Of a stretch of 64,000 nt of DNA, positions 1-9,226 are shown one piece after another. Origin of the DNA: Deltaproteobacteria bacterium. Lineage in GTDB: Bacteria > Desulfobacterota > Desulfobacteria > Desulfobacterales > B30-G6. Each line of letters starts with the position of its first letter. Position 1 is the first letter of the stretch. The position numbers and the translations under genes are program-made. The stretch spans positions 7,530-71,529 of the forward strand of contig JAJDNW010000006.1 in the NCBI GenBank assembly GCA_022340465.1, written 5' to 3'. The notes under the pieces are model-generated. The model searched no databases and was not told the DNA's origin. It saw nothing but the letters and a program-made list of their open reading frames with translations.

Positions 1-176
1 TTGCTGGTGAAACCCACGAGGGTGGGATCGACTTGGGCCTTTTTCATCAAGCGTGTGATCAGTTTACGTACACCCTTGGCCACCCAGCGACCGACAACGA
101 ACACGACCAGAGCGGTAACGATGCTGACGCCGTACAGGCTGACCAGTTCCCATATTTTGTCTACGTATGCTTCCAT
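1..176 (-). CDS. MscS-family mechanosensitive channel, N-terminal part (gene runs off window start)
   Basis: Reverse-strand ATG at 176-174 preceded by GGAGAA. Translates MEAYVDKIWELVSLYGVSIVTALVVFVVGRWVAKGVRKLITRLMKKAQVDPTLVGFTS: one TM helix, then a basic stretch and D-x-TL-x-x-F, as in MscS-like N-termini. Only 58 codons are visible. Confidence 0.45.
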   Translation of the reverse strand, partial: MEAYVDKIWELVSLYGVSIVTALVVFVVGRWVAKGVRKLITRLMKKAQVDPTLVGFTS

Positions 177-388
177 TTTTTTCTCCTTATTGATGAACGT
201 TTGCGTTTATGGCTGTTGTTTTTGTCCACCGAAAGAGATTCTCTATCACATATTAATCGATACGCACAAATAAATTCTAAAACGAACAACCTGGCAGATT
301 CCCCCAGTGTTGGGATTCACTTTGAACTTGCAGTTACTGGCCCGTTTGCGTAGAATCGTTCCTCAACGAGTATGATGGGGAGGACACC

Positions 389-1249
389 ATGGACAGAATC
401 GGAAGCGAAACAGGCAAGCTGCGCTTTATCGTCATGCCGCTGCAGCCCGCGTCGGCGGAGCAATTCAACGGTGTCGGACTGTCGCTGCATTTTTTGTTGG
501 GCAATACGGTTGTGCTGAACACCAACCTGAGAGAGTTCTGGTTCGGCTGGCGAACCAGGAAACTTTTTCCGGTCAAGGCGGATTTCCGGGCCTATTTGAC
601 CGGCAGCAACCGGCCGTTGGCCTTCAAACGGCTGAGTGAGGAGCAGAAGATCCGCTTCTGGCTTTACGGCAGGATCGATGGGAGCAAGGCGGTGCTGTCC
701 ATATACGACAGTGACACGGACAGCCATGCGGACAGCACCATCCCGTTTTCCGTCGACGACGGGTTGGTGGGATTCCGGGAAACGTTCATACAGCAGTTGG
801 GAGGTTACGGCATTGCCTTTCCGCAGGAAATGCAGCCCAAGGCCCTGTGGCATGAAGCGATATCCCTGCAGGGCCTGGATGCGCTGGGGCGCGCCTTGGA
901 GGCTTTCTACTATTATTCCGCCTACACGGACCGCAAAGACCGTATCGATGTGCGCCCTTTTGAACGGGCCGCGGCGCTGTCGCCGCAGGCCTACATGGTC
1001 CAGGACCTGCTGGGGTGGGCCCACTACCGCAACAAGGATTATCAGCCGGCCAGAACGGCATTTTTGAGGGCGGTCCTGGTGAACGCCGCCGGAACAGGGG
1101 CCATGTCGGGGCTTATGTGGTGCGGCATTTTCATGAAGCACAAGGAAGAAGCGCTGTACTGGGCATCGCGGGCCGCCGAGGTCCGCAACCAGGATATCGC
1201 CGAAGCCAGACAGAAGACGCTCAAGCGCTGGAAGAAATACAACGCCTGA
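389..1249 (+). CDS. hypothetical protein (C-terminal helical, TPR-like region)
   Basis: 286-aa ORF with balanced composition. The overlapping 274-aa minus-strand ORF is R/Q/G/P-rich and looks like a shadow ORF. No recognisable catalytic motif. Confidence 0.5.
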   Translation: MDRIGSETGKLRFIVMPLQPASAEQFNGVGLSLHFLLGNTVVLNTNLREFWFGWRTRKLFPVKADFRAYLTGSNRPLAFKRLSEEQKIRFWLYGRIDGSKAVLSIYDSDTDSHADSTIPFSVDDGLVGFRETFIQQLGGYGIAFPQEMQPKALWHEAISLQGLDALGRALEAFYYYSAYTDRKDRIDVRPFERAAALSPQAYMVQDLLGWAHYRNKDYQPARTAFLRAVLVNAAGTGAMSGLMWCGIFMKHKEEALYWASRAAEVRNQDIAEARQKTLKRWKKYNA

Positions 1250-1273
1250 ATTTTCATACCTGGACGCGTTAAA

Positions 1274-1312
1274 GCATTTGCCATATATATGTTCCGTTTC
1301 AACATTGGATTG
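1274..1312. repeat. 39-bp intergenic repeat, copy 1 (GCATTTGCCATATATATGTTCCGTTTCAA[C/A]ATTGGATTG)
   Basis: 38 of 39 positions identical to 21710-21748, same orientation (hand alignment). Lies 25 nt after the stop of the 389-1249 ORF and about 110 nt before the PfpI-like gene. Confidence 0.8.
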
Positions 1313-1423
1313 AAAAATAAACCCGCCACTTTCTTAAGGCATACGGAACTGTTCTGACAAAGACTATAGGCGGCTTCAGAATCATTCAGGGCACGCAATA
1401 ACATACCGGAAAGGAGGGCAACC

Positions 1424-1942
1424 ATGCCTTTAAGCGGGAAAAAAGTGATTATCCTGATCGAGGAGATGTTCAACGTTTTCGAATTCTGGTATCCCTACTA
1501 TCGCCTCAAGGAAGCCGGAGCCGAGGTGACTGTCGTGGGGTCCGGGCGAACGGATGTGTTCAACGGCAAGCCTGGAACCGAGGTCAAGGCGGACATGGCT
1601 GCCGACCAGGTGTCGGTTGACGGTTTCGACGGTGTGGTGATCCCCGGTGGGTACGCACCGGACATGATGCGGCGCTATCCGGCCATGGTCGGGCTGGTGA
1701 AACAGATGTTCGACAGCGGAAAACTGGTGGCGGCCATCTGCCATGCCGGTTGGGTCCTGGCCTCTGCCGGTGTTCTCCCGGGAAAGAAGATGACCTCGTT
1801 TTTTGCTATCAAGGATGACATGGTCAATGCCGGGGCGGACTGGGTCGACCGGGAGGTTGTGGTGGACGGCAACCTGATTACCAGCCGGAAACCGGACGAT
1901 TTGCCGGGCTTCATGCAGGCCATCATCGCATTCTTAGGGTAG
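1424..1942 (+). CDS. DJ-1/PfpI family protein (type 1 glutamine amidotransferase-like)
   Basis: 172 aa. Nucleophile elbow AAICHAGWVL, GGYAPD, and C-terminal NLITSRKPDDLPGF, typical of PfpI/DJ-1. Confidence 0.85.
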   Translation: MPLSGKKVIILIEEMFNVFEFWYPYYRLKEAGAEVTVVGSGRTDVFNGKPGTEVKADMAADQVSVDGFDGVVIPGGYAPDMMRRYPAMVGLVKQMFDSGKLVAAICHAGWVLASAGVLPGKKMTSFFAIKDDMVNAGADWVDREVVVDGNLITSRKPDDLPGFMQAIIAFLG

Positions 1943-1951
1943 GGCGCTGAC

Positions 1952-2407
1952 ATGCGTGCGGTCGTACAGCGGGTGAGCGCGAGCTCGGTGACGGTTGAAG
2001 GCCGTGTGATCGGGGAAATTGGGGCGGGCCTTCTGGTGTTTCTGGGGGTGGCCCGGGACGACGAGGTATCCGCTGCCGATTACCTGGCCGAAAAGATCGT
2101 CAACCTGCGGATTTTCGAGGACGTTGACCGTAAAATGAACCGTTCCCTGCTGGACATCCGGGGGGAAATGCTGGTGGTGTCCCAATTTACCCTGCTGGGA
2201 GACTGCCGCAAGGGCCGGCGGCCCTCTTTTATCCGGGCGGCGGCACCGGAGACGGCGGAGCACCTCTACCGGTATTTTGTCGAACGGGTCCGCGGCAAGG
2301 GAGTGCGGGTGGCAACCGGCCGGTTCCAGGCCATGATGGCCGTGTCCCTGGTCAACGACGGCCCGGTGACCCTGGTCCTCGAGTCCCCCGCCGGGACGGC
2401 CGCGTGA
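1952..2407 (+). CDS. dtd: D-aminoacyl-tRNA deacylase
   Basis: 151 aa. [13 protein letters not shown]...LLVFLGV...SQFTL...GxRPSF...NDGPVT signature of Dtd. Confidence 0.9.
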   Translation: MRAVVQRVSASSVTVEGRVIGEIGAGLLVFLGVARDDEVSAADYLAEKIVNLRIFEDVDRKMNRSLLDIRGEMLVVSQFTLLGDCRKGRRPSFIRAAAPETAEHLYRYFVERVRGKGVRVATGRFQAMMAVSLVNDGPVTLVLESPAGTAA

Positions 2408-3681
2408 GCCGGGCCTTTTCGTACACGGATAGGCGTATGGGGTGCCGTTTAAGGCTGGGGGCGGTCTTTTTTTTCTTTATCTGCAATTGTCTGGCATGGG
2501 CGCCCGCAGCCGTCTGCATGGCGGGCTCCGATCCGTCTGCATTCGACTTTTCGAGTCTGGCGACCATGCTCGGCGCCAGGGATGCCGTCATGGTGGCGGC
2601 GCCGGACGGGAGGGTTTTGCTGGCCCACAATCCCGACCTCGAGTTGATACCGGCATCGACCCTGAAACTCCTTACCTCCCTGGCGGCGTTGCATTATCTG
2701 ACACCGGATTTCAGGTTTACGACCGCTTTCTACCTGGGGAAAGACGACGGCCTGAAGATCGAGGGGCGCGGCGACCCCCTGCTGATTTCCGAAGTGGTGC
2801 GGGAGATTGCGGCCTTACTGGCAAAAGAGCTGGCAGCCTCCGGGGCGCGGCCGAGGCGTCTCGTTTTGGACAACACCTTTTTCCGGACCCCCGTCATCAT
2901 TCCCGGCGTTTCCGGGTCGTCCGAACCGTATGACGCCCCTAACGGGGCACTGTGCGTCAACTTCAACACCATCAACTTCAAAAAGGAGCGGGGCGCTTTT
3001 GTGAGCGCCGAACCGCAGACGCCGCTTCTGCCGTCAGTGCTGCCCAGGGTAAAAGCCTCCGGCCTCCGGCAGGGGCGCATCACCCTTTCCCACAATCAGG
3101 ACGAAATCACGCGTTACGCCGGCCACCTGTTCAACTATTTTTTTAAGGCGGAGGGCCTTCCCATTGCCGGCGGCACAACCATCGGCAAAGTAACGTCACC
3201 GGATCGTCTCCTGCTCTCTTATCGCTCCCGGTTTTCGCTGGAACAGCTTGTTGCCAAGATGCTCGCCTACTCCAACAACTTCATGGCCAACCAGGTGTTT
3301 CTCTACCTGGGGGCGGCGGAATACGGTGCTCCCGGAACGCTGGAAAAAGGGGCCATGGCGGTTGTCGCCTATGCCCGCAACGAACTTGGCCTGGAACGCT
3401 TCACCGTGAGGGAAGGGTCGGGGATTTCGCGCCTGAATCGGCTGACCGCCGGAGAGATGATGACGGTTTTGAAGGCCTTCGAGCCCTATCACGGCCTCAT
3501 GAGAAACGAGGGCCGGCATTTTTTCAAAACCGGCCACCTCAGGGGCATCCGCACCCAGGTCGGCTACTATGAAATTCCGGCAAGGGGCCGCTACCGGTAT
3601 GTCGTTTTCCTGAACACGCCGGGGAAGTCGATGCTTCCAATTGAACGGCGTCTCCTGAAGATCCTCGAGAGCAACCCTTGA
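2404..3681 (+). CDS. D-alanyl-D-alanine carboxypeptidase/endopeptidase, PBP4 (peptidase S13) family
   Basis: 425 aa. Signal-peptide-like N-terminus, active-site S-x-x-K ([10 protein letters not shown]), and SNNFMANQ and KTGHLRG (KTG) motifs. GTG at 2404 overlaps the dtd stop; ATG at 2437 is an alternative start. Confidence 0.75.
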   Translation: MSRAFSYTDRRMGCRLRLGAVFFFFICNCLAWAPAAVCMAGSDPSAFDFSSLATMLGARDAVMVAAPDGRVLLAHNPDLELIPASTLKLLTSLAALHYLTPDFRFTTAFYLGKDDGLKIEGRGDPLLISEVVREIAALLAKELAASGARPRRLVLDNTFFRTPVIIPGVSGSSEPYDAPNGALCVNFNTINFKKERGAFVSAEPQTPLLPSVLPRVKASGLRQGRITLSHNQDEITRYAGHLFNYFFKAEGLPIAGGTTIGKVTSPDRLLLSYRSRFSLEQLVAKMLAYSNNFMANQVFLYLGAAEYGAPGTLEKGAMAVVAYARNELGLERFTVREGSGISRLNRLTAGEMMTVLKAFEPYHGLMRNEGRHFFKTGHLRGIRTQVGYYEIPARGRYRYVVFLNTPGKSMLPIERRLLKILESNP

Positions 3682-3879
3682 TGTTCTGCTGCATAAGGCC
3701 CTGAAACAGTACCAGCGGGGCCTCGATCATGCCCAGGCCGCCTGGCCCTGGCAGGTGATAAGGACCGGCTTGAGATCGAATCGCTTATATGGGCGTTGGA
3801 ACGGGTCATCGAGGAGTAACCCCCGACGTAGAGGTGAAATTCGCGAGTATGGGTACACGGTCGGTACGCAATTGGGTCG

Positions 3880-3910
3880 TTTTATGATATGGGAGGGCAA
3901 TATCATAAAA
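3880..3910. promoter_or_regulatory. perfect 11-bp inverted repeat TTTTATGATAT-N9-ATATCATAAAA upstream of the ferredoxin-nitroreductase gene
   Basis: Read directly from sequence. The 9-nt centre is GGGAGGGCA. It ends 26 nt before the TTG start at 3937 and is followed by TGGTTTTATTTT. Operator or leader hairpin; function unknown. Confidence 0.4.
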
Positions 3911-3936
3911 TGGTTTTATTTTAAAAGGAGGTTCAA

Positions 3937-4776
3937 TTGAGATTAATTACCATCGATGCGGAAAAGTGTAAACGGGACGCGCTGTGCGTGCGCGAGTGTC
4001 CTACGGCGATCATCAAGCTCAAGGACAAAGAGAGCCTGCCTCAAGTGGTGAAAGGGGGAGAGGATTTCTGCCTGCGCTGCGGGCACTGTGTGGCGGTTTG
4101 CCCCCATGGTGCGCTCGATCACGTCGACGTTCCTCTGGCAGCCTGCCCCTCTATCGAAAAGGCAGCGCCCCTCACTCCGGAACAGGTGGTGCCGTTTCTG
4201 CGGTCGCGGCGCTCCGTGCGTTTTTTCAAGGACCGTGCGGTGGAGCCGGAAATCCTGCGGCAGGTGATCGAGGCCGCCCGCTATGCACCCACCGGCAGCA
4301 ACAGCCAATTGGTGGAATACACGGTATTTACGGACAAGGAAAAGATTAACCAGCTGGCCGGGCTGACCGTCGACTGGATGAAGTACATGCAGAAAAAATA
4401 TCCGGGGGAGCCCACTGCCGCCTATATGCCCATGATCATAGCCGCCTGGAAGATGGGGTTCGATTCGGTCCTGCGGAGCGCCCCGGGCTTGATCGTGGCT
4501 TCCGCCCCCAGGGAATACAAGAACGGCATGGTGGACATCAGCATCGCCCTGGCCTACCTTGAATTAGCCGCCATGCCCCTGGGGCTGGGCACCTGCTGGG
4601 CCGGGCTGCTCCAGGGGGCCATGCTTTCATGGGACCCGCTCAAGGAGGCTGTCGGCCTGCCCGAAGGCCACGGGCACCACTACCCCATGATGATCGGGTA
4701 TGCCAAACCGAAATACTATCGTCTGCCTGAAAGGAAGCCGCCAAAAATTTATTTCAAAGGAGGCAAGCCGGCATGA
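3937..4776 (+). CDS. nitroreductase-family protein with N-terminal 2x[4Fe-4S] ferredoxin domain
   Basis: 279 aa. CKRDALCVRECP and CLRCGHCVAVCP cluster motifs, then RRSVRxF...AARYAPTGSNSQ nitroreductase signature. TTG start with AAAGGAGG SD. Confidence 0.8.
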   Translation: MRLITIDAEKCKRDALCVRECPTAIIKLKDKESLPQVVKGGEDFCLRCGHCVAVCPHGALDHVDVPLAACPSIEKAAPLTPEQVVPFLRSRRSVRFFKDRAVEPEILRQVIEAARYAPTGSNSQLVEYTVFTDKEKINQLAGLTVDWMKYMQKKYPGEPTAAYMPMIIAAWKMGFDSVLRSAPGLIVASAPREYKNGMVDISIALAYLELAAMPLGLGTCWAGLLQGAMLSWDPLKEAVGLPEGHGHHYPMMIGYAKPKYYRLPERKPPKIYFKGGKPA

Positions 4777-5012
4777 TGATAAAACAGGTCGCCGTAATCG
4801 GTATGGGCACCATGGGTAGCCAGATTGGGATTACCTGCGCCGGAGGCGGATTCGATACCATCATGGTGGACACGACCGCCGCCAATATAGAGCGGGGCAT
4901 GGGCGTTGTTCGCGCTTTTCTGGCCGGGCAGGAGAAAAAAGGAAACCCATTTTCAAACCGTAAGGCCGCCGCACTGCAGAGATATTCCTATGTTGAGCAT
5001 TGCAACGGTTAA
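4773..5012 (+). pseudogene. N-terminal fragment of a 3-hydroxyacyl-CoA dehydrogenase-type NAD-binding domain
   Basis: 79-aa ORF with Rossmann start KQVAVIGMGTMGSQIG and continuing helix pattern. It terminates after about 75 residues, 23 nt before the AOR start. Start overlaps the upstream stop (ATGA). Confidence 0.4.
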
Positions 5013-5034
5013 GAATGAATGGAGAAAAGGACAC

Positions 5035-6963
5035 ATGAACGCGAAGACATATGGATGGATGGGAAAGATTGCGAGGATCGACCTCGGCCGTTCGGCGGTC
5101 ACGGAAATCGAGACGAAGGACTATGCCGAGCGGTTTCTAGGCGGGCGGGGCATCGCCACGCAGCTGTACTGGGAAAGCAACGCCTCGGAAGTGGACGCCT
5201 TCGACCCTGACAATCCCTTGATCCTGGTGGCAGGTGCCCTGGTCGCCACCGGCGCACAGGGCGCGACGCGCATGAGCGTGGTCGGCAAGTCCCCCATGCT
5301 GATGCCCGAGGGGTTCTGCTACGGTAACGTAGGCGGTTTTTTCCCGGCCTACCTCAAGCGGGCCGGGTATGACGGTATTGTTGTCACCGGGCGGGCCGCA
5401 ACACCCACCTACATTTTTGTCCATGACGGCGGCGTGGATCTGCTGGAGGCCGCTTCTTTGTGGGGTAAGGGAACCTATGCGGTTCAGAAGCGCCTCAAGG
5501 ACACCCATGGAAAAAACGTTCGTTTTATTGCCACCGGGCCCGCAGGTGAAAACAGGTGCCGCAATGCGACCATCATCACCGATCACGAAGGCAGCGCCAC
5601 AGGCGGTTTCGGCGCGGTTATGGGATCGAAAAACCTGAAGGCCATTGCGGTCAGCGGCACGGGAAAACCGCTGGTAGCCGACAGGGAAGCTTTGAACGGG
5701 CTCAACAGGCATATCATCCATATCAGCAAACGCGGAACCCTGCGCATGCCGGTTCCCAAAAAGCAGATGCAGTTCGTAAAAACAGCGTCCTGCTACCAGT
5801 GTGCCATGGAGTGCGGGCGGGGGCTTTACCGAACGCCGGCCGGGAGGGAAGAGGTCAGGAAGTGCCAGGCCATGACCGTATACATGCCGTATGCGGCCAT
5901 GCGATCCGAAGAAGGTATCGACACGGCCCTGGATGCAACCCGGCTGTGCAACGACTATTCCATCTGCTCTATGGAAGTTCAGAACATCCTTCTCTGGATG
6001 GGCGCCGCCTATCAGGACGGATTCATTTCGGACAAGGACACCGGGCTGGAATTCGCATCCTTGGGCTCGGCCTCGTTTTTCGAACGACTGGTGACCATGA
6101 TCTCCCGGCGTCAAGGGTTCGGCGATATCCTGGCCGAGGGGATTCTGCGCGCCGGAGAAGCCCTCGGGGAACAGGCCAAAACCTATTTCAGCGGATTCAA
6201 CAATGCCGTGGGTCTCGACGGCGTCTACGCGCCCCGCGAGTATTCGATCACGACGCTGCTTTACGGACTGGAACCCAGGCAGCCCATAGCCATGCTGCAC
6301 GATGTCAGCCACCTGATCGCACGCTGGCTGCTGCACCTGATCAGGCCCGACCTGTCGCCTACCTCGGCGCAGGTTTTCCGTGCGGCGGCCGAGAAATTTT
6401 GGGGGCATGCAAAGGCCTGGGACATGACCACGCTGGAGGGGAAGGCCGTGGCAACGGTCAGGATACAGGATCATACCTATGTGAAGGACAGCCTGGGCCT
6501 GTGTGATTTCGGATGGCCCATCATGGATTCCTTCAATACCGGGGACAAGACCGGCGACCCGACGCTCGAAAGGCGGCTTTTTTCGGCGGTTACCGGCATC
6601 GCCACGGATCAGGAGACGCTCGATCGTTACGGTGAACGGATTTTCAACCTTCAGCGGGCCGTCCTGCTGCGCGAAGGCTGGAAGGCGCTGGAGGATGATC
6701 GCCCCAAGGACTTCAATTTTACGGAGCCGCTTGCCTGGGATCCGCTAAACCCGAAACTGATCGTTCCCGGACCGACGGAAGAGCCGGTGTCCGTGAAAGG
6801 CAACACGCTGGATCGGGCAGAGTTCGAAGCGATGCGCAAAACGTTTTACGGGCTCAGGGGCTGGGACGAATCCACGGGCCTCCAGAAAAGGAGCCGGTTG
6901 GAGTCGCTGGACTTGTCGTCCGTGGCCGAGCATCTAGACAACCGGTGTCTGCTGGCCGGTTGA
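5035..6963 (+). CDS. aor: aldehyde:ferredoxin oxidoreductase family (tungstopterin) protein
   Basis: N-terminus YGWMGKIARIDLGRS...ERFLGGRGIATQLYW is the classic AOR N-domain. ATG at 5035 has a GGAGAAAAGG SD; the ORF-track start at 4906 is an upstream extension. Confidence 0.85.
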   Translation: MNAKTYGWMGKIARIDLGRSAVTEIETKDYAERFLGGRGIATQLYWESNASEVDAFDPDNPLILVAGALVATGAQGATRMSVVGKSPMLMPEGFCYGNVGGFFPAYLKRAGYDGIVVTGRAATPTYIFVHDGGVDLLEAASLWGKGTYAVQKRLKDTHGKNVRFIATGPAGENRCRNATIITDHEGSATGGFGAVMGSKNLKAIAVSGTGKPLVADREALNGLNRHIIHISKRGTLRMPVPKKQMQFVKTASCYQCAMECGRGLYRTPAGREEVRKCQAMTVYMPYAAMRSEEGIDTALDATRLCNDYSICSMEVQNILLWMGAAYQDGFISDKDTGLEFASLGSASFFERLVTMISRRQGFGDILAEGILRAGEALGEQAKTYFSGFNNAVGLDGVYAPREYSITTLLYGLEPRQPIAMLHDVSHLIARWLLHLIRPDLSPTSAQVFRAAAEKFWGHAKAWDMTTLEGKAVATVRIQDHTYVKDSLGLCDFGWPIMDSFNTGDKTGDPTLERRLFSAVTGIATDQETLDRYGERIFNLQRAVLLREGWKALEDDRPKDFNFTEPLAWDPLNPKLIVPGPTEEPVSVKGNTLDRAEFEAMRKTFYGLRGWDESTGLQKRSRLESLDLSSVAEHLDNRCLLAG

Positions 6964-7015
6964 GGTTTCCCCAAGGTTGCAGCGATGAGGTCAACGTATT
7001 CTTTTTTTATGCCGG

Positions 7016-7036
7016 AGGACTGCGGCCAGCAGTCTT
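7016..7036 (+). terminator. candidate terminator hairpin after aor
   Basis: GGACTGC-GGCCA-GCAGTC stem-loop followed by TTT, about 55 nt after the aor stop. The short T-tract makes it weak. Confidence 0.3.
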
Positions 7037-7072
7037 TGGTCCCGGTTTGATATCTGGAGTTGAACCGAAAAT

Positions 7073-8980
7073 ATGGAACAAGAAGAATCTAAAAATGAAG
7101 AAGCTCACTCCAAAATCGACCGCCGAATGGCCCGACTGTCATTAGCTGCGTTGGGCGTGGTCTTCGGAGATATCGCCACCAGCCCGATATATGCCATCAG
7201 AGAGTGTTTTCATGGTGAATACGGTATATCCGTGAGCAATGCGAATGTTCTTGGAATCCTCTCTTTGATGTTCTGGGCCCTCGTCATGATCGTGGGTTTC
7301 AAGTACATGGTATTTGTTTTTCGTGCGAACAACCAAGGTGAAGGCGGTATCATCGCTCTGACTGCCCTGATCCACGGACAAAGAGCAGCTTCTCGAAGTC
7401 GGCATCCTTTGGGTGCAGTGGCTTTGGGACTTTTTGCCGCCTGCCTGCTGTACGGGGATGGAATGATCACTCCGGCTATCTCCGTATTAAGCGCCGTTGA
7501 AGGCATCGGAATTATTACTTCTGTGTTTGACCCCTATGTGATCCCGTTGACAATTGTCATTCTCTGCGGCCTGTTTCTGATCCAACGCCACGGGACTGCG
7601 CGGGTAGGCGGTCTTTTCGGTCCAGTAATTCTGATTTGGCTGTGCTTTCTGGCCCTGACCGGGGTGTTTCAGATCGGGAAAGCACCACAAGTATTATTGG
7701 CTATTTTCCCCTGGCATGCTGTTCGATTTCTGGTATTCAACAAACTGCACGGGTTTGTGGTGTTGGGGGCGGTTTTTTTGGTCGTAACCGGAACCGAAGC
7801 GCTATATGCGGATATGGGCCACTTTGGCACTCGGCCAATTCGGCTGACATGGTTTGTTCTTGTTTTTCCCGCTCTGGTTTTGAATTATTTCGGGCAGGGG
7901 GCGCTGTTGCTGGGTCATCCCGAAGTAGCGGCTCATCCGTTTTACGCTATGATTCCTTCATGGGCCATGATTCCAACGGTGTTATTAGCCACGCTGGCCA
8001 CCATAATTGCATCTCAAGCTGTTATCAGCGGTGCCTTTTCCCTAACCCGCCAAGCGATCCAACTGGGATACCTGCCGCGCTTGAACATCAGACATACCTC
8101 AGCAACTCAAATTGGACAGATATACGTGGCCCCTGTAAATTGGATGCTCATGATCTCTACCGTCGCGTTGGTCACAGGCTTTCAATCCTCTAGCAAACTC
8201 GCCGCCGCCTACGGGGTGGCAGTCACATCCACTATGCTCATTACCACGACGCTTTTTTTTATTGTGGCTTACAGACAATGGAAGTGGCCTCTGGTTTGGA
8301 CGGTTCCGCTGACTGCTCTCTTTTTCATAGTGGATGTCCCGTTTTTTGTCGCTAATCTCAGCAAAATCCTTCACGGAGCCTGGTTTCCGTTAGTTATCGG
8401 CGCGGCCTTTTTCACACTGATGCTCACTTGGTCTAAAGGACGTCGCATCCTGGCAAGAAAGTTGCGCGAGATCATGCCACCGATTCATCAATTCATCGTC
8501 GATCTGGCAAGCCTTCCACCAAAAAAAATTGTTGGGGATGCCGTCTTTTTAGCCGGCAGTCCCAGTGCCACACCTGTTGCCCTGGCAAAGAACGTCAAGC
8601 ACAACAAGGTCGTGCACAGTCGAACGATTTTACTTCATTTTCGGGTGGAAAATGTTCCACGGGTTCCTAGTTTTGAAAAAATCCAGACTGAAAAATTGAG
8701 CGTAGGATTTCATCGCATTGTGGCCCGTTATGGATTCATGGAAGATCCGAATTTGGACAGTGTGCTTAGCTTGGCACGAGAGCAGGGTTTAGATCTAAAT
8801 CTGGAAACCACGAGTTTTTACATCGGCCGTGAAAAACTGATCATTGCGGATACATCCGCCATGGCTCACTGGCGTGCATCTCTTTTTATTTTTATGTCCC
8901 GCAATGCCGCTGATGCCACCTCATTTTTCAGTATTCCAGAAGACCACGTGATTGAGGTTGGCGCTCAGCTGGAGATATGA
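7073..8980 (+). CDS. kup: KUP/HAK/KT potassium uptake protein
   Basis: 635 aa. LGVVFGDIATSPIYA, multi-TM core, cytoplasmic C-terminal domain. Full-length Kup architecture. Confidence 0.9.
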   Translation: MEQEESKNEEAHSKIDRRMARLSLAALGVVFGDIATSPIYAIRECFHGEYGISVSNANVLGILSLMFWALVMIVGFKYMVFVFRANNQGEGGIIALTALIHGQRAASRSRHPLGAVALGLFAACLLYGDGMITPAISVLSAVEGIGIITSVFDPYVIPLTIVILCGLFLIQRHGTARVGGLFGPVILIWLCFLALTGVFQIGKAPQVLLAIFPWHAVRFLVFNKLHGFVVLGAVFLVVTGTEALYADMGHFGTRPIRLTWFVLVFPALVLNYFGQGALLLGHPEVAAHPFYAMIPSWAMIPTVLLATLATIIASQAVISGAFSLTRQAIQLGYLPRLNIRHTSATQIGQIYVAPVNWMLMISTVALVTGFQSSSKLAAAYGVAVTSTMLITTTLFFIVAYRQWKWPLVWTVPLTALFFIVDVPFFVANLSKILHGAWFPLVIGAAFFTLMLTWSKGRRILARKLREIMPPIHQFIVDLASLPPKKIVGDAVFLAGSPSATPVALAKNVKHNKVVHSRTILLHFRVENVPRVPSFEKIQTEKLSVGFHRIVARYGFMEDPNLDSVLSLAREQGLDLNLETTSFYIGREKLIIADTSAMAHWRASLFIFMSRNAADATSFFSIPEDHVIEVGAQLEI

Positions 8981-9052
8981 CACATGCCTGTTATCATCAA
9001 TGGCGGCAGTCCTCTATTTGCGATATCTTATTCTTAAACCTCCCACCAAGAG

Positions 9053-9217
9053 TCATAAACGAAATGATACTTTCCCCAGGGGGAATGTGTCTAGCTCCTC
9101 TACTGCGTTTCTGCTGCGGCACGAAACGAGGATTTCACCCCCAGCGGCCACCAGGTCCGTGATGTTTTGCAGCACTCGGACCCTGCTCGAGCCCGTTAGA
9201 ATCTGGATTGTGTTGCA
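9053..9217 (-). pseudogene. C-terminal remnant of a class I SAM-dependent methyltransferase
   Basis: Minus-strand frame open for only ~54 codons: CNTIQILTGSSRVRVLQNITDLVAAGGEILVSCRSRNAVEELDTFPLGKVSFRL. It resembles the T-x-Q..R...i..LvapGG.LLv..R......PWPL C-terminal block of small methyltransferases. No N-terminal SAM-binding part. Confidence 0.3.
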
Positions 9218-9226
9218 CTAAACATA

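Noticed and set aside
317-1141. 274-aa minus-strand ORF overlapping the 389-1249 gene
   Set aside because: It has Arg/Gln/Gly/Pro-rich shadow composition. The plus-strand ORF has a more protein-like sequence and sits in a plausible intergenic context.
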